64,000 nt of DNA from Camelus ferus (GCF_009834535.1 NC_045698.1:11906001-11970000); one strand, 5' to 3'; numbered from the stretch's first letter, positions 1 to 15,404 are shown. Translations and numbers: made by a program. Notes: a model not told the origin generated them from the letters alone.

Positions 1-44
1 AACTAGGCCAAGTAAATGAGGAAACAGTTGACTGGCACCAGCGT

Positions 45-290
45 GGTGAATACTGAAGAGTCCGTGGATTCAAACGAAACTTGAATACCAGTTTGGGCAC
101 TTAATGTGACTTTGTTACAGTAGCTCCCTGAGTTTTTGTTCTGTCTTCTGTAAAACAAGGTAAATAATACATTGCAAGGCCTTTTTGAGGATTAAATTAA
201 AATATACAAATCAAATATTGAAATTAAAATATAGAAGACCTCTAGTACAGTATCTGGCACATAGTAAGTACTCAAAAATATTTTTATTAT
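45..290 (+). mobile_element. MIR SINE remnant
   Basis: ctgtaaaacaagg..taatac..tgaggattaaat..cagtatctggcacatagtaagtactcaaaaata resembles the MIR core and tail. Confidence 0.6.
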
Positions 291-940
291 TAATTTAAGG
301 AAACACATATTTTGCTAACAAAATAATTAAAAAGAAAGAGCAACAGTGATGTGTGTCACAGGAACTTCTTTTCTTGAAGGCAGCAGGTGGTAGGAACCTC
401 CAGTAGAGCAACTAGATTTCATGCAAATAAATGTGTTCTGCCAACTTCACTATCTGAACAGAGTAGAAAAGAGAGGAAGATGGCCATCTGTTCGAGAAAG
501 GGGGAAAGGAAGGGATTTATAAGTGTCCAAATGTGTTCTCAAATAAACCATGTGCTCAGAGCAGGTCAAACGTATGTAGGTTGTCTACAAGGGCCCCTCT
601 GAGTCCGGGTGCAGATCTTTAGAGATGAAATCATGCCCTCTAACTGTCTTGGTTAAATCACTTTTTCCTTGGCTCCAGACACAAGTGAAAACAAGCTAAT
701 GAGAACTTGAATTCCAAGAGCCTGCTCTATCATAAACATATTTTCCAAATGGCTAGAAAATCTGCAAAATTTCTAACCATGTTTTCACATCAGAATTTCA
801 TCACCACAAGACTGATGATTCAAACGGACATGTGACCCAATCTGTAATCTGATACCAATTTAGTCACAGGGTCACCTTTATATACAGAGTAGACACCCCT
901 TTCCTAATTCAGCAACATAACCACAAAAATGAATATTTGA

Positions 941-1280
941 CCTCACATGGGTCAAAATAGCCATTATTAAAAAGCCGACAAATGATAAATGCTGGAAAGG
1001 TTGTGGAGAAAAGAGAACCCTCCTACACTGTTGATGGGAATTAGTTTGGTGCAACCACTATGGAAAATAGTTGGAGATTCTTTTAAAAACTGAATACAGA
1101 GTTACCATATGACCCAACAATCCCAATCCTGGGCATGTATCCAGAGAAAACTCTAATTTGAAAAGATACATGTACCACAGTGTTCATAGCAAAACTATTT
1201 ACAACAGCCAAGACATGTAAGCGAGAGATGACTGGATAAAGAAGATGTGAGATAGATACATAGACAGATAAAGATGGATG

Positions 1281-1323
<43 letters not shown>

Positions 1324-1800
1324 GATAGATAGATACACACACACAATGGAATACTACTCAGCCATAAAAATGAAATAATGCCATTCACAGCAACATAGAT
1401 GGACCTAGAGATTATCACAATAAGTGAAAGAAGTCAGAGAAAGATAAATATCATATGATATCACTTATATGTGGAATCTAAAAAATAATGACACAAATGA
1501 ACTTATTTGCAAAACAGAAACAGACTCATATACAAGAAAACAAACTTATGGTTACCAAAAGGGATAGGGGGAAGGGGAGAGATAAATTAGGAGTTTGGGA
1601 TTAGCAGATACAAACTTATATACAGAATAGATAAACAACAATGTCCTACTGTACAGCACAGGCAACTACATTCAATATCTTGTAATAATCAATAATGAAA
1701 AAGAATATGAAAAAAAGATATATATGTATAACCGAATCACTATGCTTATACACCAGAAACTAACACAGCATTGTAAATCAACTATACTACAATTAAAAAT
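941..1800 (+). mobile_element. 5'-truncated L1 (end of ORF2 plus 3'UTR)
   Basis: L1 motifs (ccatatgacccaacaatcccaatcctgggcat; aatggaatactactcagccataaaaa; gcacaggcaactacattcaatatcttgtaata). Candidate TSD AATATTTGA at 932-940 and 1801-1809. Confidence 0.9.
1250..1343 (+). repeat. (GATA)n microsatellite with (CA)n tail inside the L1
   Basis: Direct reading. Confidence 0.95.
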
Positions 1801-4800
1801 AATATTTGAATTAAATGAATTTAAATATGACCCTGGAAGTTCAAGTTCACGTTTGGGCTCAGAAAATTGTTAAAATGAAGACTGTTATTATTTGTCAAGT
1901 ATTTGCACTCTCTGGCTGACTTCTAAATTCATTGATTGGCTACAGCACCCTAAGAAAGCAAACTAAAGTGCATCAGAATTTGGAGGCTAGCAGGGGATTT
2001 GGGAAAGAAAATATTGCCTGAGGATAGAGAGGAGAAGAGGAGAAAAAGGCGCAGTCTTCTTAATCTCCCAGGAGGCCACTGTCATTTCCTAGGCGTGGTT
2101 ACTGCTGAGAGCTTGAGGGAAAAAGAGGCTCTGATTGGTGTCACTAGTCACTAGGGAGGAGAAACTAGGGAAAGAAAAAGTGCACAAGGAAGAGGAAACC
2201 CTGGCTATTGCGGGGACACGGGCCAACGGGAACGTCTCACTGTTGTCCGGGCACTTCCGTGAGATCCCAGGAGTACGCTAACCACCCCGCCCCCCACACC
2301 TCTTTCCCTTCAGCAAACACCATTAAGCATCTACTGTATGCCAGGGAGTGCTAGGCACTCTGGGTGATCACAGTGAATAAAGAACAGCTCTAATCTGTGC
2401 CAAAGTTCAATTCCAAGAATTGCTACACAGCATTCAGACATGTGGATTCTACTGCATCCCTAAGAAACCCCATCTTCCCAAGCAAAGCCCAGATTCCTAT
2501 GGCACAGATTCTGTCACTGGGTTTTGTGCTCCTAGAAGAAAATGGTTTTTTCCTTACATTAAGCCTAGTGCATCTCACCTAACATGTGCTCACAGCCTAC
2601 TGTGCATAAATAAATTGATTTGCATTTGTGTGGCTATTTCAATGGAGAATCTTAAAATATTTTATAATTACAAAATATATCACACCAAGAGTCTATGATG
2701 ATAAATACTATGATGTATATATATTTATTATGTGTATTATTTAAAGAATAATACTATAATAAACAATTAAAATGCAGCTCAACAAATAGAAGATTTCCAA
2801 GATTTGAAGCCCTCTATGCATTTCCCGAATGGCCTCCCAATTTCACTCCCACACGATAGTAACTAGTATCATTGCTTACAACCTTGGTGTCATATTAGAC
2901 TCCAACTTCTCCTTTATTCTCAAATTCTACTGGCTACACTGTCTTGTCTTGGTGGTGGAAATGTACCCCCTCCCTCCAAAGGACACTTCCATGGCTGGCT
3001 CTGTTTTCAACTTCCATTATCTCTTCTAGATTATAATATTTGCTCTCTTCACCAGCTAAGTTTTTAATTCACATTTTGCTAATTACATGAACCTTCACTG
3101 TGGTTTTACTTTTGTAGAAGAACAGCCTGAGCAGTGCGATAACTTTGAGGTTTGTTTCAGCTCATTTCCCGGATGCTGATATTATACTGTCCTCTATCGG
3201 TACATACAGTGCACACAAAGGAACTGTGGCAATAGACCTCATGCTTCTTTCATTGATTTGTACAAATGAAAGCTGCTGGCAGTACGTCAACCATTATTAT
3301 TGATCATCTCCTTGTACAGGGCACTGAGTGAGATGCTGAGGGGCATATAGAGATGTGTAAACCAGAACCATGTAGTCTAGAGTCAAGACAATCAATTCCA
3401 TTGGTAACAATGGTGAGTACTTCAAATCTTTGTTATGTTTATGGGGACTCACAGACAGAATTGTTCATCATCTTTTGTCTCACTAGCCTTAACTGGACCC
3501 ACTAATATATTACACACACCCACTTTATAAATCCACAAATATTCTCATTTTTTAATCCTAGTTCAAAAGGTATTTTGTTTTATCACATCCATAACCCTGA
3601 GTATAAAGAACAGACAGCAAAGTTCACTGGCCTTCAGAATGACTCTAAATGCTTCTTTAGACCTTTTTAAATCTATCACATGTTTCCAGGGACATTGACT
3701 TTACCGACTACTTAAGGGAAAGTTTTGAAATGCTTGCCCTCAAAAGGTATTGTCATCCCATACGCAAATGAAATGTGTAGTATCTCACTTTTCCATATTG
3801 AAACATACACTATGTTTCTGTGAAGCTGGAGTAAACAATTTTAATGGGCTGAGAGTGATTGGGTAATCTGGTTCCTTTGCATTACCGGGCAACTGAATGA
3901 GATGATTACTGTTTGGGAAGCCATCCTGGAGAGGGAAGGAATTCTGCGAATGTGCCTGGAACACAGGGCTGGTCCTGGTCCACCCCGAAGCAGGATCTGG
4001 CTTGTCTGATTTCTCAGAGCGTGCGGGAGCTCACACTTACGTCACGATTTAAAAATTAGTCCTTTGTATTTCTCATTATGCAGTCAAAGGAGAAACTGAG
4101 TCACCATTAATGGTGTGCCAACTAGGAAAAGAAGTGACGGTGTGTGAAAGGTGGAGTCTAATCAGAGCAGTCAAAATTTTGGTGACCGCGGTTCACCCTT
4201 AGGGTCAGCAGCTGCTGCATCTTTCATCCAAACCACCTCAACTGATTGTCTGTCTCATTAGTTTCTTACCACGTTCAATGGAGTTACAAAAAACAAACAA
4301 AACATACCTAGCAAATGCTGTTGACTTGGAAACTCATTATTTCAGACTAATTGGCAATAAAAAAAGAAGAGATTTGGAGAACATGGTTTAATACTAAGAG
4401 AGTAAACTGTAATAGTCTCATTTGACATGGGACGTCCCCACATCACAGGAAACCCAAGTCCCAGACAAACTCAGATGGCTGTTTACTCTGGGAGGTGTAG
4501 ATCAGGAACACGGGGTTGAATTGATAGCTTTTTCCTCTTGAAATGAAAACAAAGTGCATCTTTACAAAAGGTAAAAACTAAATTCCTTAAATGAATTCAT
4601 TGTTCATTCATCAGTTTTCTTAGTAAATCATCCAGAATGACTTCTCAAACATCTAATCCAGAACAAAGCTGTCAGAACACCTACAATAAAAGTGACCAGT
4701 GAAAATGTGGTTTGAATGTTTGACAAGCATTTCATCATCAGAGAGGTGATGCAACTTCTGTGACTTATATCATGTACATGTGTTGAAAATTCCAGCATAA

Positions 4801-4920
4801 GTAGAGAATAACATAGTCATTTTTCCTCTCTTAAAAAAAATTTTGATGACTATTTTCTTGACTGATGACTAATAAATCAGTTACCCTTTCTGTCCACCTC
4901 ATGACCTATCACCACATATA

Positions 4921-5312
4921 TGAGTCAGGTTCTCTAGAGAAGCAGAACCAATAAGATCTGTGCACCCAGAAAGAGATTTTAAGGACCTGGCTTTCCTGAA
5001 TATGGAGACTGGCAAGTTCAAACTCTGCAGGATTGGCTGGCAGGCTGGAGACCCAGGGAAGAGCTGCAATTTGAGTCCTGAAGGCAATCCGCTGGCAGAA
5101 TTCCCTCTTCTCCTTGGGGAGTAGGCCTTCAACTGATTGGACATGGCCCACCCATCCACATTACAGAGGGTGATTGGCTTCACTTAAAGTCTACTGACTT
5201 AAATGTTAGCCTCTTCACAAAAATAGCTTCACTGAAACATCTAAAATAATACTTGACAAAATATCTGAGTACTGTGGTCTAGCCAAGCTAACACAGAAAA
5301 TTAACCATCATA
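4921..5312 (-). mobile_element. MLT2 (ERVL) solo LTR
   Basis: gtcaggttctctagagaagcagaaccaata ... aaattaaccatca match the MLT2 termini in reverse. Confidence 0.85.
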
Positions 5313-7424
5313 TGACCCAGGGGCTTAACCTCTCAATAAGGGACACTTACCCAGGACTTGATGAACTATGGGTGAAAATGAGACATCCTGCCAGTTGAAA
5401 CTCATGCTACTTTTCCAGAAATTATACTCAATTCAGTATTAGCCAAAGATGAGTAGGAAATTCCTGCTTTAACTTGTTTAGTTTTATTATAACAAACAGG
5501 TAAATGATAATTTACATCATAAACTTGCACACTCTTTGAAAAAGAGTCTCATAAAATGAGACTTCAAGGAAAAGTTTACGTTCCCATGAGCCTCCTTGGG
5601 CTAGGTGCCCCGGGCTCTCCCAGAGACAATTCTGCTTAAATTTACATTTCTTTGCCATTAGATATAAAAGCTTAAGAAGAATTGCTTTGGAGCTTCACCT
5701 CGGTCATCAAAAGCTCTTGGTCACCTTGAGTAGGAAATTTCCATTGTCTGCCTCAGTGAAGCCAGACCACTTGGCATTCCTAGGCTAGAACAGTTTCCCC
5801 TGCCTTCAGCAAAGAAAATAGGGAGATGATTGGGCTCATTCATTCTTAACCGAGTAGGCAAAGGAGTTTACCAGGTCTGTGAGCACAGAGGCCTGAGTCC
5901 ACAGTTGGCTCTGTACCCGCCCCCTTCCTGACCACTGCAGACACAGAGATGGGAAGCAGAGTGGGTTGTACAGAGATCCATCACTGAGAAACAAGCTCAG
6001 GACAAGTGTCCTCAGCAGGAGGAGTCTTTGAATTCACATTTCCAATGAGAACGACAGCATACACATTCATTCACCCGACGCACATCTACGGAGCACTTAC
6101 TGTATACTAGCAGCACCCTACCAGGTACATGGGTTTGGGTACAGGTTACGTTTGGTTCCTTCTCCCAGGAGGTTTGCTGGGATTCAAGCAGGAGAACAAG
6201 TGTGAGGGAGAAGCATCAGCTGGTGCCTCATCCTAAGTGTGTCTGTTACATGATTGAATTTGATCATCCATTTTGAGGCTTAGTGGAAAACCAATTGTAG
6301 AAAGCCTTTCATTTAAAATGAAAAAAACTCAATGACTTCCTCCTCCTAGAAATTTAGAGGGGAAAACCCCTATTATCTAATAAATTATCTGCATTAAAAA
6401 TGCATTAGTCATCAATCTTCATACCATCTGGTGACAGCTACATTGCTTATTTAAAAACAACACGGTCCCCTTCCTTGGAGCATGCTTTTTATGTTTCTTC
6501 TAAAAGAAACTCATTAAACTCAGCTATAGAAGAAGGTAAACTGCTTTACAGTAAATTAGAATGTTATAAATAAGAGAATGCTTTGCATATTTTAGCTGCC
6601 ATTTTAATTTAAGGTGGAATGCATTGCTGCCCAATATGTCTATTGCAAAAACCTAAAGAACATAGTCCTTGTAGTTGATGGTAAACGCTAGAGAGAAGAC
6701 CAGCCCCAGCGTTTATTTTTCCTATGCATCCAACTCAGCGACAGAGGATCCTAAGGTGCCCCGTGAAGTGCCCACAAAGATGACATTTTCCTCCTTCCTT
6801 TGAAGGTCAGTGAGCCCGCTGTCATGGTGTCCACATTACTCATCGTTCGAGGGGCAGGTGCTTCAGAAGGCACGTTGGCTCCTGTAATAAATACTGATAT
6901 GTGGCATTTTACTCTTGAGCGCCTGTTTCCATGGGTCAGTCCAGAGTTTCAGGAAATTCAAAAAATACTGTTGAAAACTGATTAGTTATGGATTTGTGTG
7001 TTTCAAATTTCTGCATTTGGTGCTGAAGAGTCATTATTTACAAAACAGAAGAAGCTAAAGCCCCACAAATGATTTGTTACTCCTTCTAGAAGACAGTTCA
7101 CTCTGTCTCCATGCCCTGAGGGATCAAGTAGAAAGACTTGTCTGTAAACAGAGACCTATCACAGGACGTCCCAGAATCCGTGGAATACAAACATTTCCTT
7201 GGCAAGAACCTCAGGAAAAGCAGGCACAGTCCCTAAATCAAGAAGACACACCACCCACACAGCGGGGAGCATCTCACTCCTCACCCAGACTCGCCTGATT
7301 CAGAGCCACTCACTGCCATTGCCACTGCCACAGCCATCTGTGGTTTAGTGCCTTTCATCAGCATCCCCTGCGCTCTTAAATACATTCACACATAAACTGA
7401 AAGGAAGTGATCAAGACACTGTTG

Positions 7425-7426
<2 letters not shown>

Positions 7427-7460
<34 letters not shown>
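7427..7460 (+). repeat. (GT)17 microsatellite
   Basis: Direct reading. Confidence 0.95.
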
Positions 7461-7462
<2 letters not shown>

Positions 7463-9500
7463 TCCTAAGCCTGGTACCAAAAGGAACGTCCCTGAAGTTA
7501 TGAAGTTTGTCCATATTTGTGACGAGGGATCTGCCTTGGGCACATCTCCAGGAGCATGAGTGTGCAACAGAATTGGGGAAAGAGGGTATCAGAATGTTTT
7601 CAGATGCAGAATTCTACCTAATCAATCAAAAGTAGCTCAAACAATAAAGACATTCATCTCATAAAGCAAGACCAGAAGAAGTGTGAGTCCCAGATTGGTG
7701 CGCCAGTTCAATGACAGAGTCCAAGGCTTCATTCATTCTTCTGCTCTGTCCTTAACGATGCCGGAACATCCACCCTTGGGACTGCAAGAGGGCTGCTGCA
7801 GACCCAGGCATCACCTACAGCCATGACCACAGTCCAGTGAAAAATATTGGTACTTCCTCCTGTGACTCTCTTCTTATTAGGAAGTCAAACTTTTCTTAAG
7901 ATCCTTCACACATACATGCAGCATCTTGTCCTCGTATGTCCCTTTTGCTAGCTCCAAGAGACTCTTAAAGAAAAGGTAGGAGCATATCTGGCATGTGTAT
8001 GCCATGGTGGGAAGATGGATCTGCCGGGAAACAAGAAGCCTTGGGGCAGAGCCAGGGATTGAATGGCTGTTTAGTAGACAGCCAACACTGGCTCTCCCCA
8101 GGGATCGGGACTGGAAGAGAAGAATGAAAGAATGTTTCTTGCCTGAAACCTGAATGGCCTCTCTGGTATTCATTTTGGAAATTACTGTCTCCACATATCT
8201 AGACATACCTCTGAGACAAAGGTCCAGGTACATCACCCTTTTTGGTCACTACTTAAGGACATCAAAGGCATTTTGCATCTTCCTAGGGACCAGGAAAAAC
8301 CTTGGAAGGCATTTTGTTCTTAAGCGCATAAACCAAAGTGAAATTTTGTGTAATGGTGGGTAGAGTCCGCCAAGCACACTGAGTCAACTCTGGGGCTCAC
8401 CTGGGTTTCCACTGAGGGTAGTGGAACTGAAAGAAAGTGAACAAAGGCACCATTAGAGAAATTAATTTACCCTAGTGCTGGTGAAGCCTGCAACTTTGTG
8501 GGTAAGGAGAATTAACAAGGAACACCAGCAAGTAATGGCTGAAGCAGGGGCTTAGAAGTCAGAATCTGGGCTTGAGTCCAAATTGAGTCCACGGATCATG
8601 GTACCACCTTGGACAAAGCACTAGGGTCAGTGTGGGGTCGCCAGGACATTGTTTAAACAGTGTGTGGCATGTTCTGAGTCAGCAGCAAGAGGAAATAAGT
8701 ATTATCCACACACAGGGCACTGGCAGATTCAGGCTGCACAGAAGTTAGATCTCTAACACTCACTGACACCCGTGACTAGGGGAAGACACTGCGGTGGCTG
8801 GCAAGTCTACAAACTTCCATGGCAATGCTACTTCTGTGGAGAGGGGAAGGGGATCTCCTGGACCCCACTAGCCCTCCTCTCTGCCCCTCTTAGTCCTTCT
8901 CCCTCCCTTTCCCTCAGCCCTTATGTTTCTGGTTCTTTCATGGGGTCATGGGCTGCTCAAGCTTGTTCCTTCAACCTGTATTCTATGCCCTGATTCTTCT
9001 CTAATCTTTGCACTTCATTAAAACTTACCTCCCTTGCATACTGTTACTTCCAGGACTGACAGTTCACCTAAATACTGTCCAGCTAAGATGCTAGCTGATT
9101 CAGGGTCAAGAAGTTCCCCTCTTCCCCTCCCATCTCCCAGTTGGTACCCTCAGTTTACAGGGGGTTTCTATGTTTACTTGCAGGAAATTCAAACATGGGA
9201 AGATTTCTACTGTCCTGAAATCTTCATTCTGTTCTGTCTGCAGCTCAGGCAAGAGTTCTCATGGGAAAATATCATTCTTTTGCTTTAGAGGCAATATAGC
9301 CAGAGTGGATAGAAACGCAGGCTCCAAGGTCAGGGCGTCTGGGTTCATATCCTGGTTGTACACTTGCTAATTGTGTGAAGTTGGGCAAGTTAATTAACAT
9401 CTCTGTGCCCAAATGTTCACACAAGATGGAAATAGAGAAAGAGATAGAAAGAATGGGAAAAAAAGATTACAGTAATTAATTGGATTGCTGCAAGAATTTG

Positions 9501-9895
9501 TGTATTATAGACTGAATGTTTGTGTCTCTCCTCCCCCCCAATTCATATGGTAAAGTCCCAGCCCGCAATGTGATGGCTTCTGGAGGCGGGGTCTTGGGGT
9601 AGTGATTAGGTTTAGATGAGGTCACCAGGATGAGACTCCAATGGTGGGATTACTGTCCTTCTAAGAAGGGGAAGAGAGACCAGAGTTCTGTCTCTCTCTC
9701 TCTCCCTTCCTCCCCTTGATGTAAGAACACAGCAGGAGACAGCCATCTTCAAGACAGGGAGAGAGTCCTCACCAGAACCCAACCCCTCTGGCACTTTGAT
9801 CTTGGAGCTTCTAGCTCCCAGAATTGAGAAATAAGTGTCTGCTGTTGAAGGTGCCTAGTCTACAGTACTTTGTTACGGCAGTGTGAGATAAGACA
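9501..9895 (+). mobile_element. MLT1A/B-type MaLR solo LTR inserted in a MIR (MIR ~9285-9500 and ~9896-9985)
   Basis: gactgaatgtttgtgtc..aattcatatg..gtgattaggtttagatgagg..ctggcactttgatcttgg..tttgttacggca..taagaca. The flanks carry MIR-like gtgaagttgggcaagttaattaacatctctgtgcc. Confidence 0.8.
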
Positions 9896-12800
9896 ATGAG
9901 TTAATGCAGGGAAACAGAACAGAATGAAAGGCATTGAGGTATGGACGGCACTCACAGGCATCGGTCAGATGCTAACTTTCTTGGTAATAATAGGAAGGAT
10001 GAGGTTTGCCGATTTAATTTTTTTAAATATTGCATCTAAATCTTATTTATCTTGATTACTGAGTTTGTCGACACCCCCTTAAATTTGGTGCCCAAGGTAA
10101 GAGCCTTATTTATCTTACCTACTTCACTGAATATTGGTAAATGCTCAGTGACAGTTGTTATTCGTGAAGTTTAAAGATAGCTATGTATTCTTTAAAGATA
10201 TTTTTATGACAAAGTTTGTTGAGGGTTATTTTCTCAGTGGTCCAGTGAAGAAATCCATTTACAGATCCCCATCCTGGTGTTTCTGGGTCACTCACATTGT
10301 AAATGAAAGGCAGTCAGAATGGGATGACAGTAGCACAAGTTTGCCACATGACCCAGAGAGATGTGTGACCTGTGGGAATGGAGCCAGCCTAGGTTCAGAT
10401 GGCAGAGGTTTGGCCAATTTATCTGCCTCCATCCAAATCCTCGTTGTAAACACAGAGCAAATTTGTTTTGTTTTGTTTTGTTTCCTCTGAGTCCCATTTG
10501 CCTCATTAGGCTGACCCCTTGCCTTATCTGAGCTGGAAACTACAAAAAAGACTCTCCCTTCATGTTACAGCCCAGCCCCCACAATGGATGTCACTTCTGA
10601 ATATGATGGGCATCGTGACATACATCACCAGAAATATTTCTCCATATGATCCCCCTGGATTACCGCACCCCCTTTCTTTCAGTAAGTTGAAACCACTTTC
10701 TAATACCCACCTATCTTTACAACAGCCCCGTGTATCAGACAAGAAGAGACAGTACTTCTTCTCTGTGCAAAGCAAGTTTACACCTCTTCTGCTCCATGCG
10801 TAATGAGATGGTTCAAGCTAATCACTGAGACCACAATCTTGGTCTTCTGTTCACTAACCCCCCAAGCCCATCTTTCTCTCCTCACTGGTGCTCTTGCCTC
10901 CAGGGTTTGGATATCTAGAGTTCAGTTGGATCATTGGCAAAAAGGATCAAACACTTTTAACTGGGAATCCCATTCGCAGTGGGTAAAGCTCTTCGGAGCA
11001 CATTTGCATCAAAGGGAATCTTGATATTATAATCACGGCACCACCGTGATAATCATTGTGACTGTTGATCAAGAAAGAAGGAAAGGAAAGAGCAGAGGTA
11101 TTGGACATTTGCTGGAGGCCAGACTCCAGAAACAGTGGGCATCTTTGTCCATGATGTCTACATGGACAGCCCAGAACAGGTCACTAGCACAAGTAGCCAG
11201 CACTGACCTCCTGTGAACAAAAAAGAACCACCATGGAATTCTGGCTCTGCCCTAGGATTCAGGAAGTAGAATCATGGTCGAAGATGTACCCCTAAAAAGG
11301 AGTGTGACATTCAGGAACTCACACTGCTGGGGTCTTGTCTGTTGAATTACAATGTGAGGGGTTTAGACTGGACAAGTGGTTTTCTACATGGTCCCTCTGA
11401 CACACAGAAGTGCAATAAGGTAACTGGGAGCAGCATGGGGAACCCCAGCCCAGGGGCTCAGGAGCTTCAAGTTCAGGCCCAAGCAATTCCCTTTCGGTCT
11501 GAGTGATGTGTTAGGACATCACCTAAGGTTTTGTCTGGATAAAGAGCTCTGGGTTGATAATTAGGCAAAGCAAACAAAACAAAAAATGGCAGAGTGGATG
11601 GTCTCAAGGCTTTCTTTCAATGTCATTAGTCAATAATGTAATAAAAAGTTAGTGATATATTTTATAAACGAACCCTCTGTCCCTGCCCTCCGGCAAAGAC
11701 CTCAGAAACACAGCATCCTTGAAGAACTTGGGTTTATTACTCGTACACGGGAGGGATGACACTGACCAGGAGGAGCCGTGGGCACCACAGTGACAGGGCC
11801 GTAGGGGCTTTGCTTGGGTGATTGGCAGAAAGGGGTGGGGGGGATGGGTAAGAGGAGGGAAGAACGTTCTAAGGAAGCAGGGGTTTGGTCTGGACTGCGT
11901 GCTGTCAGAACGTGGGGGAGTCTATGGTGGGATATTCAAAGCTTACCTACAGGGAGGGCTGATGGAGAAAGGACAGCTTGTCTCTGGTCCAGGAGGCGCT
12001 CACTCATCTCAGCTGAGGGGGAGGAGGCTGGTGTTTCCTGGGTGCACAGAGGCCTTGTTGGTGTCACATCTGTGGTCTCAGGTGACCTTGTCCGACACTG
12101 GTGTGTCCTGTGAGGCTGTTTACATGAGCAGAACCAGGGCCAGCATGAGCGTCAGGCCAGCTCCCAGACATCAGGGGATGCTTTTTGTTTTCTTACCTCC
12201 CTTCAAAAAGTGCATTTTAACTCTGAGAGAAATCAGCACCTACCCCCTCAGAGTTCCTCAACGCAGTCAGATGGTTTTGTGAATGCGCTGAATAAACAGT
12301 CCTGTGAAGAATCCTCCCCATGGCATATTCCCCGCCCCGCCCTCCCCACTCAGAGACACCGAGTGATGCTGACATGTGTCTGCCCTGGGTTCACATCCCT
12401 GAGATATTCTAGGAGATCCCAAAGAAGAATAAACACAGAACAAAGGAGGAGAAGGACCACGAGATGCAGACACGTGTGGAATTTTTCATTAACGTTGCTC
12501 ATTGCGTCAAAAAGCCAGATGAATGAATGCAGCCTGTTTCTCCATCAGGTGATGACCAACAGGTGGGTACTTTACCATTAAGGTGAACTCCTTTTGTGGA
12601 GAAATAATTTGGAAGGTATGCGTGCCCCTGGAAGAAAATGGAACTGAAATAAAAATGCTCAATAGACAATTATTTGGGGGTAAAATGGAGAAGAAGTCAT
12701 AAAGATAAATTATATTCAAGCTGTTAGTTTATATGTGTAAAAATTATTGAATTAAATAACTAAATAAAGTAAATAAATCACTTTCACATACTTACATAAA

Positions 12801-13307
12801 CATACATGCTTTGTTTCCTTCCTTCTTTTTTTTTAAATTATCTATAATTTCCTTGTGGGGGTAGGTTTACTTAGTAAACTAAGTCATAAGAAAAAGGCAT
12901 TTCAAACATTTTAAGTTCCTGGTCTAGATTGTCCTCATCCTTAGTCACTCCTGGCAGGATGATATTATTTAAGATGAGAATGACAATGGTTCATTCAGAG
13001 GAAGGAATCCTGGCTAAGGAATCAAAGACCCTTTTCCAGAACCACAACTGACTAGGAGTAAGATCTAGGGCAGGGCATTTAGCCTCTGTGGGGTTCCAGT
13101 TTCCTTTGTTACCTAATGGAAGATGTGGATGAGAGATTCTTTAAGTCTCTTCTAGTGCAAATGTGCGATGATCACGTGACCCACATCCTCTCTGCGACTG
13201 AAATAGGTGCCTTCCGCTGTGCTGGGCTGACGCCCAGACGTGAGGTCTACAATTTGGGCTCCAAAGTATGTATACTGAGCATTTGTTGGTTTTGGCTTTT
13301 CAGAGTC

Positions 13308-13724
13308 TGTATTAGTCAGGGTTCTTCAGAGAAGCAGAAGCAATTATATATAGAAGATTTATCATGGGAATTGGCTCACACAGTTCTGGAAGGCGAAAGT
13401 CCCACAGTCTGCCATCGGGAGAACCAGGGTAGCCAGTGGTATAACTCAGGCTGAGGCTGGAGACCTGAGAGCCAGAAGGCTGCCCCTCTCAGCTCAAGAA
13501 GAGTGAGGAAGTTTGCCTTTCACTTTTTTGTTTTTTTCCAGCCCTGGGCAGTGGGATGATGCCCGCCCACACTGGTGAGGGCAGGTCTTCTTGAGTCCGT
13601 CTGCTGATTCAAATGCTCCTCTCTTCTGGACACACCCTTACAGTTACACCCAGAAATAATGTTTTACCATCTCTCTGGGCATCCCTCCACCTAGTCAAGT
13701 CGCCATATAAAATTAACCATCACA
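13308..13724 (-). mobile_element. MLT2 (ERVL) solo LTR
   Basis: Termini tgtattagtcagggttcttcagagaa ... aaaattaaccatcaca. Confidence 0.88.
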
Positions 13725-15341
13725 GCATATATCACACCATGTTGATCATCTCTGTTGAAAACCCCAGTTTTATTTGAGGATTCCCACATACACATGCCTT
13801 TAGCAGTCCAGGTGGTTTGGATGAGCGCCTCCTTCCCCTGCAGACCAATCAGAATAATTCCATCCTTTGGGCTACCACATTCGATTGGTCAATACGAGTA
13901 CCTAACTCAAGTTTGCTCAGTCAAAGTGAATCTTCCAGCTTGAGAGGAGGACTGGGAAGACAACTTCAACCAGGGAGGCTAGGAGTCTGATCAAGTTTTA
14001 GAGCTAATTACCAATCTCTGAGAAATCTGAGGGAGAAAGGGACATACTAAGTACTTTGGGGATATAGTTAGCAACTGTGGCCTCTGTAGGAAAAATGATC
14101 TACTTTCCCCAACAGAAGAAAACAGAACAGAGAAAGAGAGAGAGGGGAGAGAAAGAGAAAGAAGCTATAGATATAAAGAGATCTAAAAAACCTACTAACC
14201 AATCACAATGTGTGGAACTAATTTGAATAATGATTCAAATATATAAAATAATCAAGGAAATGTGAACCAATAGGATATGTGACAATATTAAAGAATTATT
14301 GTTAAAAATTGTAGAGGTTACAATGATATGGCAGGTATATTTGAAGGGAGTCTTTGTCCTTTAAAAATTCATACGGAAACATCTGCAGGTGAAATAACAC
14401 CTGGGACTTGCTTCAGGATAACTTGGGATGAGGAGGGAATAGACGAAACGGCTTTTCTGGGTGTGGGTAACTGTTGAAGCAGATGATGGGAAACCACGGT
14501 TCACTAGCTCATGCTCCCTAGTTTTAGATCTACTTGAAAATTTGAATAAAACAATTTTTAGATAAAAGCACATACATTTTTAAATACAAAAATTTCACTT
14601 TTGAGAAATGATACAAATTATAGACAAAGATGTTTATCTTAAGATTATTGGTAAGAGAAAAAAAACTAAATGTTGAACCACAAGTTAAGTAGATTATAGT
14701 AATTCCTTAAATATAATGATAGGCACCCTTCAGTTATGTCTAGGAATAGCTTTTAAAGACATGAGAATATACTTATATAATATTAACTAAAATGTATAAC
14801 AAGATTATATTATCTCAAATAAGTGAAATATATATCACATAAAAGATTGGATTTATTTCTGAATAAGTTTATTACCCTGTTACTATCAAGGGGCATATGA
14901 CATTGTGGTCTAGAGGGCAGGTTCCAGAGGGAGTTGGAGCCTCAGCTCAGCCACACACTAGCTGTGACTGTGGGCAAATCACTTTACGTCCACGTTCTAA
15001 TCTTTTAAAAGGGTATAATAGTGGGACCTATCCCATAGGTTGTAAGAATTAACCAAATTGATTTACTTAAAACACCTGCAACAATGCTGCTGCCTAGGAT
15101 GTCATTTGCAAATGCTGGCTGTTACTACCATTCACACGGAGCGCGAAACGCATGCTGATACTGGTTGCCTGAAAATTGACGCTTTATATGGATTGTACTT
15201 CTATTTTTCCAAAGCACCGTTGCCACGTTATTCTATCTTATTCTTGTAACAACACAATAGGATAAGAAGTCAAAGAATAACTATTTACGAAATGAAGACT
15301 ACAGCTCAGTTGCAGAGAGTAAAATGAACTTTCCCGAGGTG

Positions 15342-15404
15342 CCCCTCCCCTCCCCTCCCCTCCGTCCCCTCCCCTCCCTACTCCCCTCCCTACTCCCCTC
15401 TCCC
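15342..15404 (+). repeat. (CCCCT)n-like polypyrimidine repeat
   Basis: Direct reading. Confidence 0.9.
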